This document shows positions 52,919 through 61,464 of a DNA stretch of 64,000 nt, piece by piece; positions within the stretch are counted from its first letter, which is position 1; every line of letters begins with the position of its first letter. The position numbers were made by a program, and so were the translations under genes. The stretch comes from an uncultured Actinomycetes bacterium. GTDB lineage: Bacteria; Actinomycetota; UBA4738; HRBIN12. Location: the NCBI GenBank assembly GCA_963699635.1, contig CAVOUQ010000016.1:200680-264679 (forward strand), read 5' to 3'. The notes beneath the pieces are model-generated. The model was not told where the DNA came from. It saw only the letters and a list, made by a program, of their open reading frames with translations, and ran no database searches.

Positions 52919-53663
52919 TCGGGATCTCGCAGGCGCAAGGCATCGTCCTCGCGGTCGGCGGAGCGATCTTCGTCGCCGTCGCGGGCGGCGTCGTGTTCCT
53001 GCGGGGTCGGCACCAGGCCGCGGTCTCGGCGCCGGACATCCCCCTAGGGATGCGGCCCGGACCATCGGACGCGGACCTCGAGACCCCGCTCCTGCTCAGA
53101 AGCTCCAGGGCTGGGGCCTCCTGATCGTCATCTTCCTCGTGGTCTGGGTGCCGGCGACCTGGCTGTTCGAGCCGGACCGCAACCTCGGCCAGGAGGACGC
53201 GCTCAGGCACGACGCGATCAACCGGGGCAGCCTAGCCGTCCAGCTGTACACGGAGGACAACCAGGGTGGCATCGGCTGCGTTCGGTGCCACGGCCCCGAG
53301 CTCCAGGGCAGCGTGATCCTCGACACGAAGTTGAATACGCCGAGGACGACCCCCAACCTCACGACGGTCTGCGGAGGCCCCTATACGGGTCATGGGCAGA
53401 TCTACGGCCTGAACGACATCTACACGACGATCGAGCAGGGACGAGGGCTTATGCCGTCGTGGAGCATCCGGTACGCGGGCGCCCTCAACGACCAGCAGAT
53501 CAACGACATCGTCAACTACATCGTGAGCATCCAGGACGAGGAGCTGGTGCCGTTCGAGAAGAACGTGTGCCTGAACCCGGACGCACAGACCGCCGCCGTC
53601 GACGAGTTCCTCGGCGGCGATCTGAGCAAGAAGCCGTCCCCGACGACCAACGTGGTGCTGTGA
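52915..53663 (+). CDS. Membrane-anchored monoheme cytochrome c subunit, frameshift near 53090-53100
   Basis: The ATGA-coupled ORF 52915..53124 provides TM1 ([20 protein letters not shown]). The next frame continues [24 protein letters not shown] (TM2), then CVRCH and GLMPSW. The listed start 53139 falls inside TM2. Confidence 0.75.
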
Positions 53664-54409
53664 TGCTGGCCGAGAGCTGCGTCGGGTTCCAGATCCCCTG
53701 CGAGACGCTGCTGAAGGGCGGGCTCACGGTGGTCATGGCGTTCGTCCTGTTCGTCGGGAGCGTGCTGCTCGTGCTCTCCGCGGTGTTCGGACGGCGCATG
53801 GGGTACCTGGTCCTCGCGGTCTCCTTCTTCGGCTGGATGACGATCATGTCGACCATCTGGCTCACCGGGTTCTTCATCTCGCAGGGCCCGACGACGCCGA
53901 AGAACCTCGGGCCGCGGGGCATGGAGCCGACGTGGGTGGTCGAGTCCCTCGGCACCGATCCCGAGCCCGTCTACGAGGTCTACGCGAGCTACCCGGCGGG
54001 CGACGAGTGGCGCGTCCCGGGCACGAACGACAACGACACGTCGTCGGTCCAGTCGGTGACCTCGGCGGCGCAGGGGTTCCTCGCCGATCGGGCCAACGAG
54101 GATCTCGGTCTCGAGGAGCATGAGCAGGGCGCCGTGACGACGACGCAGTTCACCATCGAGAACATCCGGTTCGCGACGGCGGGCGACGTCTCCCTGGCCG
54201 CGGCCGAGGCCTACTTCACCGGCGGCGGCCCGCGCGTGACGCTCTACATGCGGCACGACTCCGGCAGCGTGAACCGGTACTCCTGGATGTTCCTGGTCGG
54301 CTCCGTGTTCGGCCTGGCAATCCACGTGCCGTTCCTGGACCGCTCCGAGCGCGCGCGCAAGCAGATCCTGACGGGCGGGGCGGCCCCGCCATGGTACGGA
54401 CCCGCCTAG
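53663..54409 (+). CDS. Membrane protein, function unknown, translationally coupled to the cytochrome c gene
   Basis: 248 aa with a TGATG junction, TM segments at both ends and a central soluble domain. Confidence 0.7.
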   Translation: MLAESCVGFQIPCETLLKGGLTVVMAFVLFVGSVLLVLSAVFGRRMGYLVLAVSFFGWMTIMSTIWLTGFFISQGPTTPKNLGPRGMEPTWVVESLGTDPEPVYEVYASYPAGDEWRVPGTNDNDTSSVQSVTSAAQGFLADRANEDLGLEEHEQGAVTTTQFTIENIRFATAGDVSLAAAEAYFTGGGPRVTLYMRHDSGSVNRYSWMFLVGSVFGLAIHVPFLDRSERARKQILTGGAAPPWYGPA

Positions 54410-54428
54410 CCACCCCGAGGAGGATGCG

Positions 54429-54542
54429 ATGCTCGCACAGGAAACGGCGCGGCTCATCGATCAGGGCGCGGTCCAGTTCATCCTGTTCGGGGTCATGGTC
54501 CTGGTCATCTTCGTGGTCATGTGGTTCACGATCGCGAAGTAG
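54429..54542 (+). CDS. 37-aa single-TM peptide (not in the ORF track)
   Basis: Strong SD GAGGAGGA 6 nt before the ATG. Sequence MLAQETARLIDQGAVQFILFGVMVLVIFVVMWFTIAK* with coding-type GC3. Confidence 0.5.
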   Translation: MLAQETARLIDQGAVQFILFGVMVLVIFVVMWFTIAK

Positions 54543-55224
54543 CGGCCGCCCTCCCCTTCCGCTTCACGTCCGCGAGCGCCGCCTTGCGCTGCTCGTAGTA
54601 CGTGAGGATCTGGAGCTCGACCGCGACGTCGACCTTGCGCATCGACACGCCCTCGGGCACCGCAAGCGCGGCCGGCGCGAAGTTCAGGATCGAGCGGATC
54701 CCGGCGTCGACCATCGCGTCGCCCACCTGCTGCGCCGCAGCCGCGGGCGTCGAGATCACGCCGATCAACGCGTCGTGCTCGCGGACGATCGCGGGCAGAT
54801 CCTCGATCGGGCGGATCCGGAGGTCGCCGACGGACTCGCCCACCTTCGCGGGGTCGTTGTCGACGAGCGCCGCGATCCGGAATCCGCGCTCGGCGAACCC
54901 CCGGTAGTTCGCCAGGGCGTGCCCGAGGTTCCCGATCCCGGCGATCACGATCGGCCAGTGCTGGGTCAGCCCCAACTCCCGCCGGATCTGATGGATGAGG
55001 TAAGCGACGTCGTATCCCACACCGCGGGTGCCGTAGGAGCCGAGATGTGACAGGTCCTTGCGGACCTTCGCCGAGTTCACGCCGGTCGCCTCGGCGAGCA
55101 CCTCGGAGGAGACCGTGGTGGCGCCGCTCTCGGCGATCTCGACGAGGGCCCGGAGGTAGATCGGGAGGCGCCCGACCGTGGCCTCCGGGATCGGCCGTTC
55201 GGTCACGGGCGGATGATAGTGCAT
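54526..55224 (-). CDS. rex: Redox-sensing transcriptional repressor Rex
   Basis: 232 aa from ATG 55224 with IPEATVGRLPIYLRAL (winged helix) and IAGIGNLGHALANY (Rossmann). Confidence 0.9.
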   Translation of the reverse strand: MHYHPPVTERPIPEATVGRLPIYLRALVEIAESGATTVSSEVLAEATGVNSAKVRKDLSHLGSYGTRGVGYDVAYLIHQIRRELGLTQHWPIVIAGIGNLGHALANYRGFAERGFRIAALVDNDPAKVGESVGDLRIRPIEDLPAIVREHDALIGVISTPAAAAQQVGDAMVDAGIRSILNFAPAALAVPEGVSMRKVDVAVELQILTYYEQRKAALADVKRKGRAAATSRS

Positions 55225-55250
55225 TCGTGAAGACGTCTTCACGAATGCAC
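55219..55250. promoter_or_regulatory. 32-bp perfect palindrome containing a Rex-like site with 6-nt spacer, overlapping the rex start codon
   Basis: GTGCATTCGTGAAGAC|GTCTTCACGAATGCAC, with core TCGTGAA-GACGTC-TTCACGA. The rex ATG (55224-55222) lies inside the left arm. Confidence 0.6.
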
Positions 55251-55253
55251 GAG

Positions 55254-55489
55254 CTAGCCGAACGGCCGCCGCGAAGGCGGGGGGGTCGACCCGGACCTCG
55301 AAGGCCTCCTCGCCGTCGACGAGGATCACGGGGATGCGGATCCCGTACTCGAGCTCGAGCGCGTCGTCGCCCGAGACGTCCACCTCGTCGAACGCGAACG
55401 GGGTCCGGCTCGCTCTCCGCGAGGATCACCTCGCGAGCCTCGTCGCACAGGCCGCAGCCCGGGCGCGAGTACATCAGGACCCGCCGCAC
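55254..55489 (-). pseudogene. Glutaredoxin-like (DUF836-type) protein, frameshifted, with no clean stop before rex
   Basis: The N-terminus reads MRRVLMYSRPGCGLCDEAREV in one frame. The continuation FDEVDVSGDDALELEYGIRIPVILVDGEEAFEVRVD lies in the rex frame, with the shift near 55385-55392. The only nearby stop (TAG 55254-55256) is in the third frame. Confidence 0.5.
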
Positions 55490-55540
55490 GGCGGCGCATC
55501 CTAACGGGCGTCCTCATCCCGCTGTGGTAGGAAACCGGCC

Positions 55541-56112
55541 ATGCGCGAGGAGGAGGGGGTCGAGGACCTCGAGCTGCACCGGCGGCTGAGCACCGGCGAC
55601 CGGGCGCGTTCGACGAGCTGTACCGGCGGTACGGCACGGCCTCGTACGGACTCGCGCTCCGCATCACGGCTCAGCAGGCACTCGCGCAGGAGGTGGTCCA
55701 GGACGCCTATCTCGCGCTCTGGCGGGCGCCCGAGGCGTTCGATCCCGCACGGGGGGCGTTCCGGTCCTTCTTCCTGTCGCTCGTCCACCACCGGGCGGTC
55801 GACACGGTCCGGCGCGAGGAGCGCCTTCGGACCCGGACCGAACGCGCCTCGAACCTCGAGCCGGTTCGTGGCGAAGATGTTGCGGACGAGGTCGTCGAGG
55901 GCGCCTACCTGAGCGTTCGTCGCAAGCAGGTGCGGGAGGCCATGGCGACGCTCCCTCCGGAGCAGCGGCAGGTGATCGAGCTGGCATACTTCGGCGGCTA
56001 CACGCAGACGCGGATCGCCGATGCCATCGGCATCCCGATCGGGACGGTGAAGACCCGCACCCTCGCGGCCATGCGAAAGCTGCGACGGGCGCTCTCCGGG
56101 GAGGACGAGTGA
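55541..56112 (+). CDS. ECF-type RNA polymerase sigma factor, frameshift near 55600-55606
   Basis: MREEEGVEDLELHRRLSTGDRA is in one frame. The next frame reads AFDELYRRYGTASYGLALRITAQQALAQEVVQDAYLALW (region 2) ... QRQVIELAYFGGYTQTRIADAIGIPIGTVKTR (region 4). Confidence 0.8.
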
Positions 56113-56849
56113 GCCTGGAACACGACCGCATCGAGGAGCTGCTCGCCGGCTATTCGCTCCTGTCCCTGTCCGGCTCCGACGCGATCGAGGCCGACCGCAT
56201 CCTCACCGAGCACGTGCCCGGGTGCCGTTCCTGCCGACAGACGGTCGCCGACTTCCAGGCCTTCGCCGGCGACCTGGGCCTCGCCGCCGATCCGGCCCTG
56301 CCCTCGGATCTCGTGCTCGCCCGGATCCACCGTGGGATCGACGACGTCCCGCTCGGACGTCGTCGGTCGCGCCGCGGGTCGTGGTTCGCGGTCGCGGCGA
56401 GCGTGGCCGCGCTCGTGGCCATGGGCGGGCTCTCGTTCGCGATGGCGACCCGGGCGTCGCAAGCGGAGGACGCGCGCGCCCTCGCCATCGAGCTCTTCTC
56501 GCTGATGCGATCTCCCGGCGTCGACCCCGTGAGGCTGGATCCCGAGGGCGAGACGCCGTCGGCCTCCGGCTTCCTCGGCGTCCCGGCGCCGGACGTCCGC
56601 CGCTTCTACCTCGTCGCGGACGGGTGTCCCGAGCCGGCGTCCGGACACGCGTACCAGCTCTGGCTCGGTGCGGACGGCTCGTTCACCCCGGTGGGCCGCA
56701 TGTTCGTCCCGACGGGCGGGACGGTGCTGATCGGGCTCACCGTGGACGTCGCCCGCTACGACCAAGTCTGGATCACCGAGGAGGTCGCGGGGCTCCCGCC
56801 CGCCACACCCAGCACCGGCGGCCGCTCCTGGCGGGCCGACCTCGCCTGA
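56109..56849 (+). CDS. Anti-sigma factor (zf-HC2 plus RskA-like C-terminal domain)
   Basis: The GTG start overlaps the sigma stop. Contains HVPGCRSCRQ, one TM segment (WFAVAASVAALVAMGGLSF) and an extracytoplasmic YQLWL.. domain. Confidence 0.8.
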   Translation: MSLEHDRIEELLAGYSLLSLSGSDAIEADRILTEHVPGCRSCRQTVADFQAFAGDLGLAADPALPSDLVLARIHRGIDDVPLGRRRSRRGSWFAVAASVAALVAMGGLSFAMATRASQAEDARALAIELFSLMRSPGVDPVRLDPEGETPSASGFLGVPAPDVRRFYLVADGCPEPASGHAYQLWLGADGSFTPVGRMFVPTGGTVLIGLTVDVARYDQVWITEEVAGLPPATPSTGGRSWRADLA

Positions 56850-56890
56850 ACGGTCCCCGCCGGCGCGATCACAGCTCGCGAGACCGTTCA
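56847..56890. terminator. Inverted repeat spanning two convergent stop codons
   Basis: TGAACGGTC ... GACCGTTCA (9-bp arms, each containing a TGA stop) with an inner CGCGA/TCGCG hairpin. Confidence 0.35.
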
Positions 56891-57602
56891 CCGTGACGGG
56901 GGTTCCGGAGCTCTGAGATCCGGGCGGATCGTCTTCCGCGACGCCCGGAGGAAGCCGCCGAACATGATCCCGATGCCCGCCGAGCAGCGCCAGCGAGAAC
57001 GGCAGGAGCTTGCCGAGCGCGGCGAAGGCCGACCCGAACCCGGCGATCACCGTCGCGCCGAGCGCGATCAGGAGGGTGCCCGCGAAGCGATCCCGGAGCT
57101 CGGGCCGTCCGCGCATCCTCCAGGCCGACCAGATCGGCACCGCCGACGAGGACGAGGTAGGCGGGGATCGAGATCAGCTGCGGGAGCCGGTGCGCCGGCG
57201 ACCCGTCGCCGAACACGTCCTTGCCCGATGGGAGGGTCTGGGCGAGTGCGGCGCCCGCTCGACGGGGGCCGTGCGAACCACCGCGATCGTGTAGGCCGTG
57301 AGGAACACGAGGACGACGTACAGGCACCAGCGAACCAGACGGTTCCGCACCAGCAGGTCGAGCTCGCCCTGTGCGAGGAACGGGACGTTCAACACGGCGC
57401 CGAGGATCCAGTACACGCGGAACTCGCCCGAGGTCCATCCGTCGGCCACGCCGAGGGCCACCGTCGCCGAGGCGATCGCGTACATGAGGAGCGCGATCGC
57501 CCAGAGCGCCTGGTAGGAGCGCCGCCGCCGCACGTACTGGCGCGTGAGAAGCGCCGCGAACACGAGCGCGACCAGCGCCGAGAGCATCGGGAACACCCAC
57601 AC
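56888..57602 (-). pseudogene. Polytopic membrane protein readable only across three frameshifts (~57250, ~57140, ~56980)
   Basis: The pieces join coherently: ..VVLVFLTAYTIAVVRTAPVE | RAGAALAQTLPSGKDVFGDGSPAHRLPQLISIPAYLVLVGG | PIWSAWRMRGRPELRDRFAGTLLIALGATVIAGFGSAFAALGKLLPFSLALLGG | IGIMFGGFLRASRKTIRPDL..*. Confidence 0.5.
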
Positions 57603-57610
57603 GGCCCGGG

Positions 57611-57616
57611 AGCATA
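57611..57616 (-). promoter_or_regulatory. -10 element TATGCT (leaderless minus-strand membrane-protein gene)
   Basis: TANNNT lies 8 nt upstream of GTG 57602. Confidence 0.35.
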
Positions 57617-57647
57617 TCGACCGAGCCGGAGGGCTCGGGGCCACTGC

Positions 57648-57653
57648 TAGCAT
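57648..57653 (+). promoter_or_regulatory. -10 element TAGCAT (leaderless isomerase gene)
   Basis: TANNNT lies 8 nt upstream of GTG 57662. The same GCTAGCATCG string recurs at 58531-58540. Confidence 0.4.
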
Positions 57654-57661
57654 CGGGAAGC

Positions 57662-58474
57662 GTGACGCGCGCACCCGAGACCGAGGGCCCCAGGATCGCC
57701 TGTTCCACGGTCAGCCTGTTCAGCCACCCCCTCCACGACGTCTTTCCCCTGCTGGCCGAGACGGGCTTTGCGGCCGTCGAGCTGATGGTCACGAAGGATC
57801 CCGATACCCAGGACCGGCGTCGTCTGGTCGAGCTCGCGCAGGACCACGGCCTCCCGATCGTGGCGATCCACGCCCCGTTCCTCCTGATGACGAGGAGCGT
57901 GTGGGGAGCCGAGCCGGTCGGCAAGATCTCCCGCGCGATCGAGCTCGCCGAGCAGGTCGGCGCGCCCCTGGTCGTCGTGCATCCGCCCTACCGATGGCAG
58001 ACGACGTATCGAGACTGGCTCCGGGACGAGCTACCGGCGCTCGGAGAACGCACGACCGTCCGGGTGGCAGTGGAGAACATGTTCCCGGTCCGGGTTCGCG
58101 GACGCACGCTCGCCGCCTTCCATGCGATCCGCACGCTCGAGGACCTCGAGGGGTTCCCGGACGTCGTGCTCGACACCAGCCACGCCGCGGTGGCCGGGCT
58201 CGACCTCTTCGAGGCGCTCGTGGCCCTCCGGGGACGGCTGGCGCACGTCCACCTGTCGAACAACGCCGGGAAGGGCTGGGACTCGCACCTGCCCGTCACC
58301 GAGGGTGTGCTCCCGCTGGACCGGTTCCTCGACGCGCTCGCCTCGGAGCGCTACGCGGGCACGATCTCGCTCGAGATCGACCTGCGCCGTCATCTGAACG
58401 ACCCCGAGGCTCTCCGGCGCGCCCTGGTGGCGAACCGGGAGTTCTGCGCCTCACGGCTGCCCCTCGTCGCCTGA
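57662..58474 (+). CDS. Sugar phosphate isomerase/epimerase (xylose-isomerase-like TIM barrel)
   Basis: 270 aa with AAVELM, IVAIHAP, VVVHPP, VAVENM, LDTSH and HVHLSNN strand-end motifs. Confidence 0.8.
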   Translation: MTRAPETEGPRIACSTVSLFSHPLHDVFPLLAETGFAAVELMVTKDPDTQDRRRLVELAQDHGLPIVAIHAPFLLMTRSVWGAEPVGKISRAIELAEQVGAPLVVVHPPYRWQTTYRDWLRDELPALGERTTVRVAVENMFPVRVRGRTLAAFHAIRTLEDLEGFPDVVLDTSHAAVAGLDLFEALVALRGRLAHVHLSNNAGKGWDSHLPVTEGVLPLDRFLDALASERYAGTISLEIDLRRHLNDPEALRRALVANREFCASRLPLVA

Positions 58475-58476
58475 TC

Positions 58477-58514
58477 GAAGGGGTCCCCTTCGGAGGGGAG
58501 GAACGGACCTCCCC
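58477..58514 (+). terminator. Two tandem GC-rich hairpins after the isomerase gene
   Basis: GAAGGGG-T-CCCCTTC (58477-58491) and GGGGAGG-AACGGA-CCTCCCC (58495-58514). Confidence 0.4.
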
Positions 58515-58566
58515 GGAGTTGCGTCAGAGGGCTAGCATCGAACCGAGGCCGAGAGGGGTGGGGCTC

Positions 58567-60322
58567 ATGTTCGTTCGCTCCTTCCGTTCCACCCGCGGGC
58601 AACGCAGCGCAGGGGTGACTGCAACGCTCGCGGTCGCACTCGTGGCGACGCTGCTGGCGGCCGGTCCGGCTCCGGCCGCGACTGCGTGCAGCAGCCCGCC
58701 ACAGACGTTCCCGACCAGCCAAATGACCAGTGGGATGACGGGCGTCGGGTACACGGTCCTTCAGGGCACGACGCTCGTGCCCTTCGACGTGGAGATCCTC
58801 GGCGTCATGCCGAACGCGATCTTCCTGGGGGTCGACATCGTCGTCGCGAAGATCACGGGGCCCGCCGACTTCGTGGCAACGACCGGCGGTGCCATCGCGG
58901 GGATGTCCGGCTCCCCCATCTACATCGCCGGAAAGCTCGCCGGGGCGGTCGCCTGGGCGATCGCGCAGGACCGGCAGATCTTCGGCATGACCGCCGCCGA
59001 GGACATGGTCGGGATGCTCTCGCTCCCGGGGGCGGCGGGGTCGGGCTCGATGTCGGCGCAGGTCCCGCTCACCACACAGGTTCGCCGCGCCGCAAGCGCG
59101 GCGGGATCCAGCCTCGAGCCCGGCGCGACGCTCGAGGCGCTCCCGGTTCCGCTCGGCGTCTCGGGTCTGTCCGGGATGCCGCTGTCCGAGATCGAGAGCT
59201 CGTTCGCCGACCACGGGATCCGAGTGCAGGCGTTCCGAGCCGGATCGGTCTCGGCGCCGACGTCGTCCACGATCGACCCGAGTCACTTCCAGCCCGGCGG
59301 TGGGCTCGGGGTGGCGCTGTCCTACGGCGACGTCTCCTACTACGGGTTCGGCACGACGACCGCGGTCTGCGGCGACGTCGCGCTCGGCTTCGGGCACCCG
59401 ATGTTCTGGGGCATCGGGGCGCGTGTCGCTCGGCATGAACGAGGTCGACGTGATCGCGGTCGACAACGGCTCGCTCTGGGGAACGAAGATCGGGATCCTC
59501 GGGGACGCGCACGGGGTGATGACCCGCGACGGGTTCGCCGGCGTCACGGGCGTCTTCGGCGTACTCCCGACGCTGATCCCGATCACGAGCGACGTGTCCA
59601 GCCCGGACACGGGGCTCTCGCGACAGGGCGAGACCGAGGTCGCGTGGGACGAGGACTACTTCATGGCCGACGCCGCCTTCTCGCACGCGTGGTCGAACCT
59701 CACCTACGTCGCCCAGCAGGACGCACCCGGGACGCTCGATCTCGCGTGGACGATCACCGGGACGCGCGAGGACGGGACACCGTTCACGGTGTCGAATCGG
59801 TTGATGAGCTATAGCGGCTACGGCGCCGCGTACGACGCGTACCGGATGGCGGACATGGTCGCCACGCTCGCCTTCAACGGGTTCGAGGACATCGCGTTCA
59901 CCGGCGTCGACATGACGGGCGACATCACGGAGGCGAACCTCACCTCGAAGATCACGAGCGTGCGGGTGTCGAGCCCCGTCCAGACCGCGCTGAAGCAGCG
60001 CGACGTCGTCCGGGCCCGGCCCGGCGACCTCGTCACGATCGAGGTGACCCTCGACCCGGTGGACGGGCCGGACGTGATCGCCACCACCAGCGTCAAGGTG
60101 CCGAGGCACGCCCACGGGTTCGAGGCCATCGACCTGTCGGGCGGCAAGGGCCGGCTCGACTACTACGGGCGCGGCATCGGCAGCCTGGACGAGCTGCTCG
60201 GCATCCTGAGCGGCGGCGACCACAAGAACGACCTGATCGTGCGGGGGTTCGGCCGGAGCAGCGTCCAGGTCCAGGACGTGATCGTCCGCGGCAGGGGCGG
60301 TTTCCTGATCCAGGTCGTCTAG
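58567..60322 (+). CDS. Secreted SpoIVB-type (peptidase S55) serine protease-like protein, frameshift near 59415-59425
   Basis: Signal peptide. GGAIAGMSGSPIYIAGKLAGAV matches the S55 catalytic-serine motif. ..GFGHPMFWGIGA continues in the next frame as VSLGMNEVDVIAVDNGSLWG.. to 60322. Confidence 0.7.
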
Positions 60323-60329
60323 GGGCTCG

Positions 60330-60375
60330 CGCGATCCGATGGGCGGGACCTCGAGGTCCCGCCCATCGGATCGCG
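60330..60375. terminator. 46-bp perfect palindrome (21-bp stem, TCGA loop)
   Basis: CGCGATCCGATGGGCGGGACC-TCGA-GGTCCCGCCCATCGGATCGCG, 8 nt after the peptidase stop. No U-tract. Confidence 0.55.
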
Positions 60376-60396
60376 ACCTCCTGCTAGCCTCGGCGC

Positions 60397-60603
60397 GTGC
60401 GCCGGTTCACCCTCGTCACGCTGATCTGCCTGTTCCTGCTGATCGCCGGCGCCGCGGTCTATCAGCTGGCGCTCGCGAATCGCGACGTCGAGCGCTTCCC
60501 CGGGCCGCGAGATCGGCACGCCGCTGCCGTCCGCGACGGCCGCGCCCTGATCGCGGGCTCGCCTCCCATGAAGCGTCAGGCGCCGCCCGCCTGCTCGAGG
60601 TAG
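60397..60603 (+). CDS. 68-aa ORF with N-terminal TM segment, possibly leaderless or a truncated hydrolase N-terminus
   Basis: A TAGCCT -10 lies 6 nt upstream of the GTG. RRFTLVTLICLFLLIAGAAVYQLALANRDVERFPGP resembles alpha/beta-hydrolase N-termini. The 3-prime end overlaps the convergent hydrolase gene by 28 nt. Confidence 0.3.
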   Translation: MRRFTLVTLICLFLLIAGAAVYQLALANRDVERFPGPRDRHAAAVRDGRALIAGSPPMKRQAPPACSR

Positions 60604-61325
60604 GTCTCGATCAGCCTTCCGACGACCTCGCCCTGGCCGCCGCCGAGCAGGTCCGTCCCGTGGTCGTCGGAGGGCACGACCTCGACTCGCTTCGGTGGCG
60701 GGGATTCCTGATACAGGGTCTCGGCATCGGCCGCGGCGGGCGCGTCGCCAACCCCCGCGATGAAGAGCTTCGCCGCCGTGATCCGCGTCAGCAGGGAGGC
60801 ATCGGCCACGAGGCCCTCGGTCGACGCCGGCGCGGAGAGCGTGATCACGGCCCGGACGTCGATGCCCTCCTGGGCGGAGGCGACGAGCGAGGCCGTCCCC
60901 CCCATGCTGGCCCCGACGAGCGAGACCGAGGTGGCGCCCTGCGAGCGGACGTACTCGATCGCGCCGAGGACGTCCTGCCAGATCGCGCCGATGTCACGAT
61001 CACCGGCCGAGCACCCGCCGTCGCCGCCGGGGCAATAGCCGCGGAAGTCGTAGGTGAGCACGAGGTAGCCGGCATCGGCCAGGCGGTCGGCGAACGCGAA
61101 CCACGAGCGCTGGTCGGCCGGCCGCATGTGCGAGAGCACCACCGCCGAGTCCCCGTCCCCGAACAGCCGGCCCTCGAGGCGCACGCCGTCCGCCGAGTGG
61201 AACGCGACGGCCTCCGAACCCGGCGGCGCGGCCTCGGGTTCCGAGCTCGAACACGTCGCCAGCGCCGCCGAGACGAGCACGCCCGCGAGGAGCGCTCCGA
61301 TCCGGCGGCGCGGCAGGCGGCGCAT
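60576..61325 (-). CDS. Alpha/beta hydrolase lipoprotein
   Basis: 249 aa with lipobox LATC|S and nucleophile elbow GASMGG. Confidence 0.8.
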   Translation of the reverse strand: MRRLPRRRIGALLAGVLVSAALATCSSSEPEAAPPGSEAVAFHSADGVRLEGRLFGDGDSAVVLSHMRPADQRSWFAFADRLADAGYLVLTYDFRGYCPGGDGGCSAGDRDIGAIWQDVLGAIEYVRSQGATSVSLVGASMGGTASLVASAQEGIDVRAVITLSAPASTEGLVADASLLTRITAAKLFIAGVGDAPAAADAETLYQESPPPKRVEVVPSDDHGTDLLGGGQGEVVGRLIETYLEQAGGA

Positions 61326-61337
61326 CGCCCTTCGGCG

Positions 61338-61439
61338 GCTACCGCCCCTGTTGACGCCGCTGCCAGCGGGTCTTCTTGAGCAGCTTCTTGTGCTTCTTCT
61401 TCCGCATCTTCTTGCGACGTTTCTTGACGAGCGACGGCA
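61338..61439 (-). CDS. Ribosomal protein bS22 (actinobacterial 33-aa basic protein; not in the ORF track)
   Basis: Hand translation gives VPSLVKKRRKKMRKKKHKKLLKKTRWQRRQQGR*. SD AGAGGA lies upstream of the GTG. Confidence 0.8.
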
Positions 61440-61464
61440 CGCGTTTCCTCTCTGTCGGTGCGGC

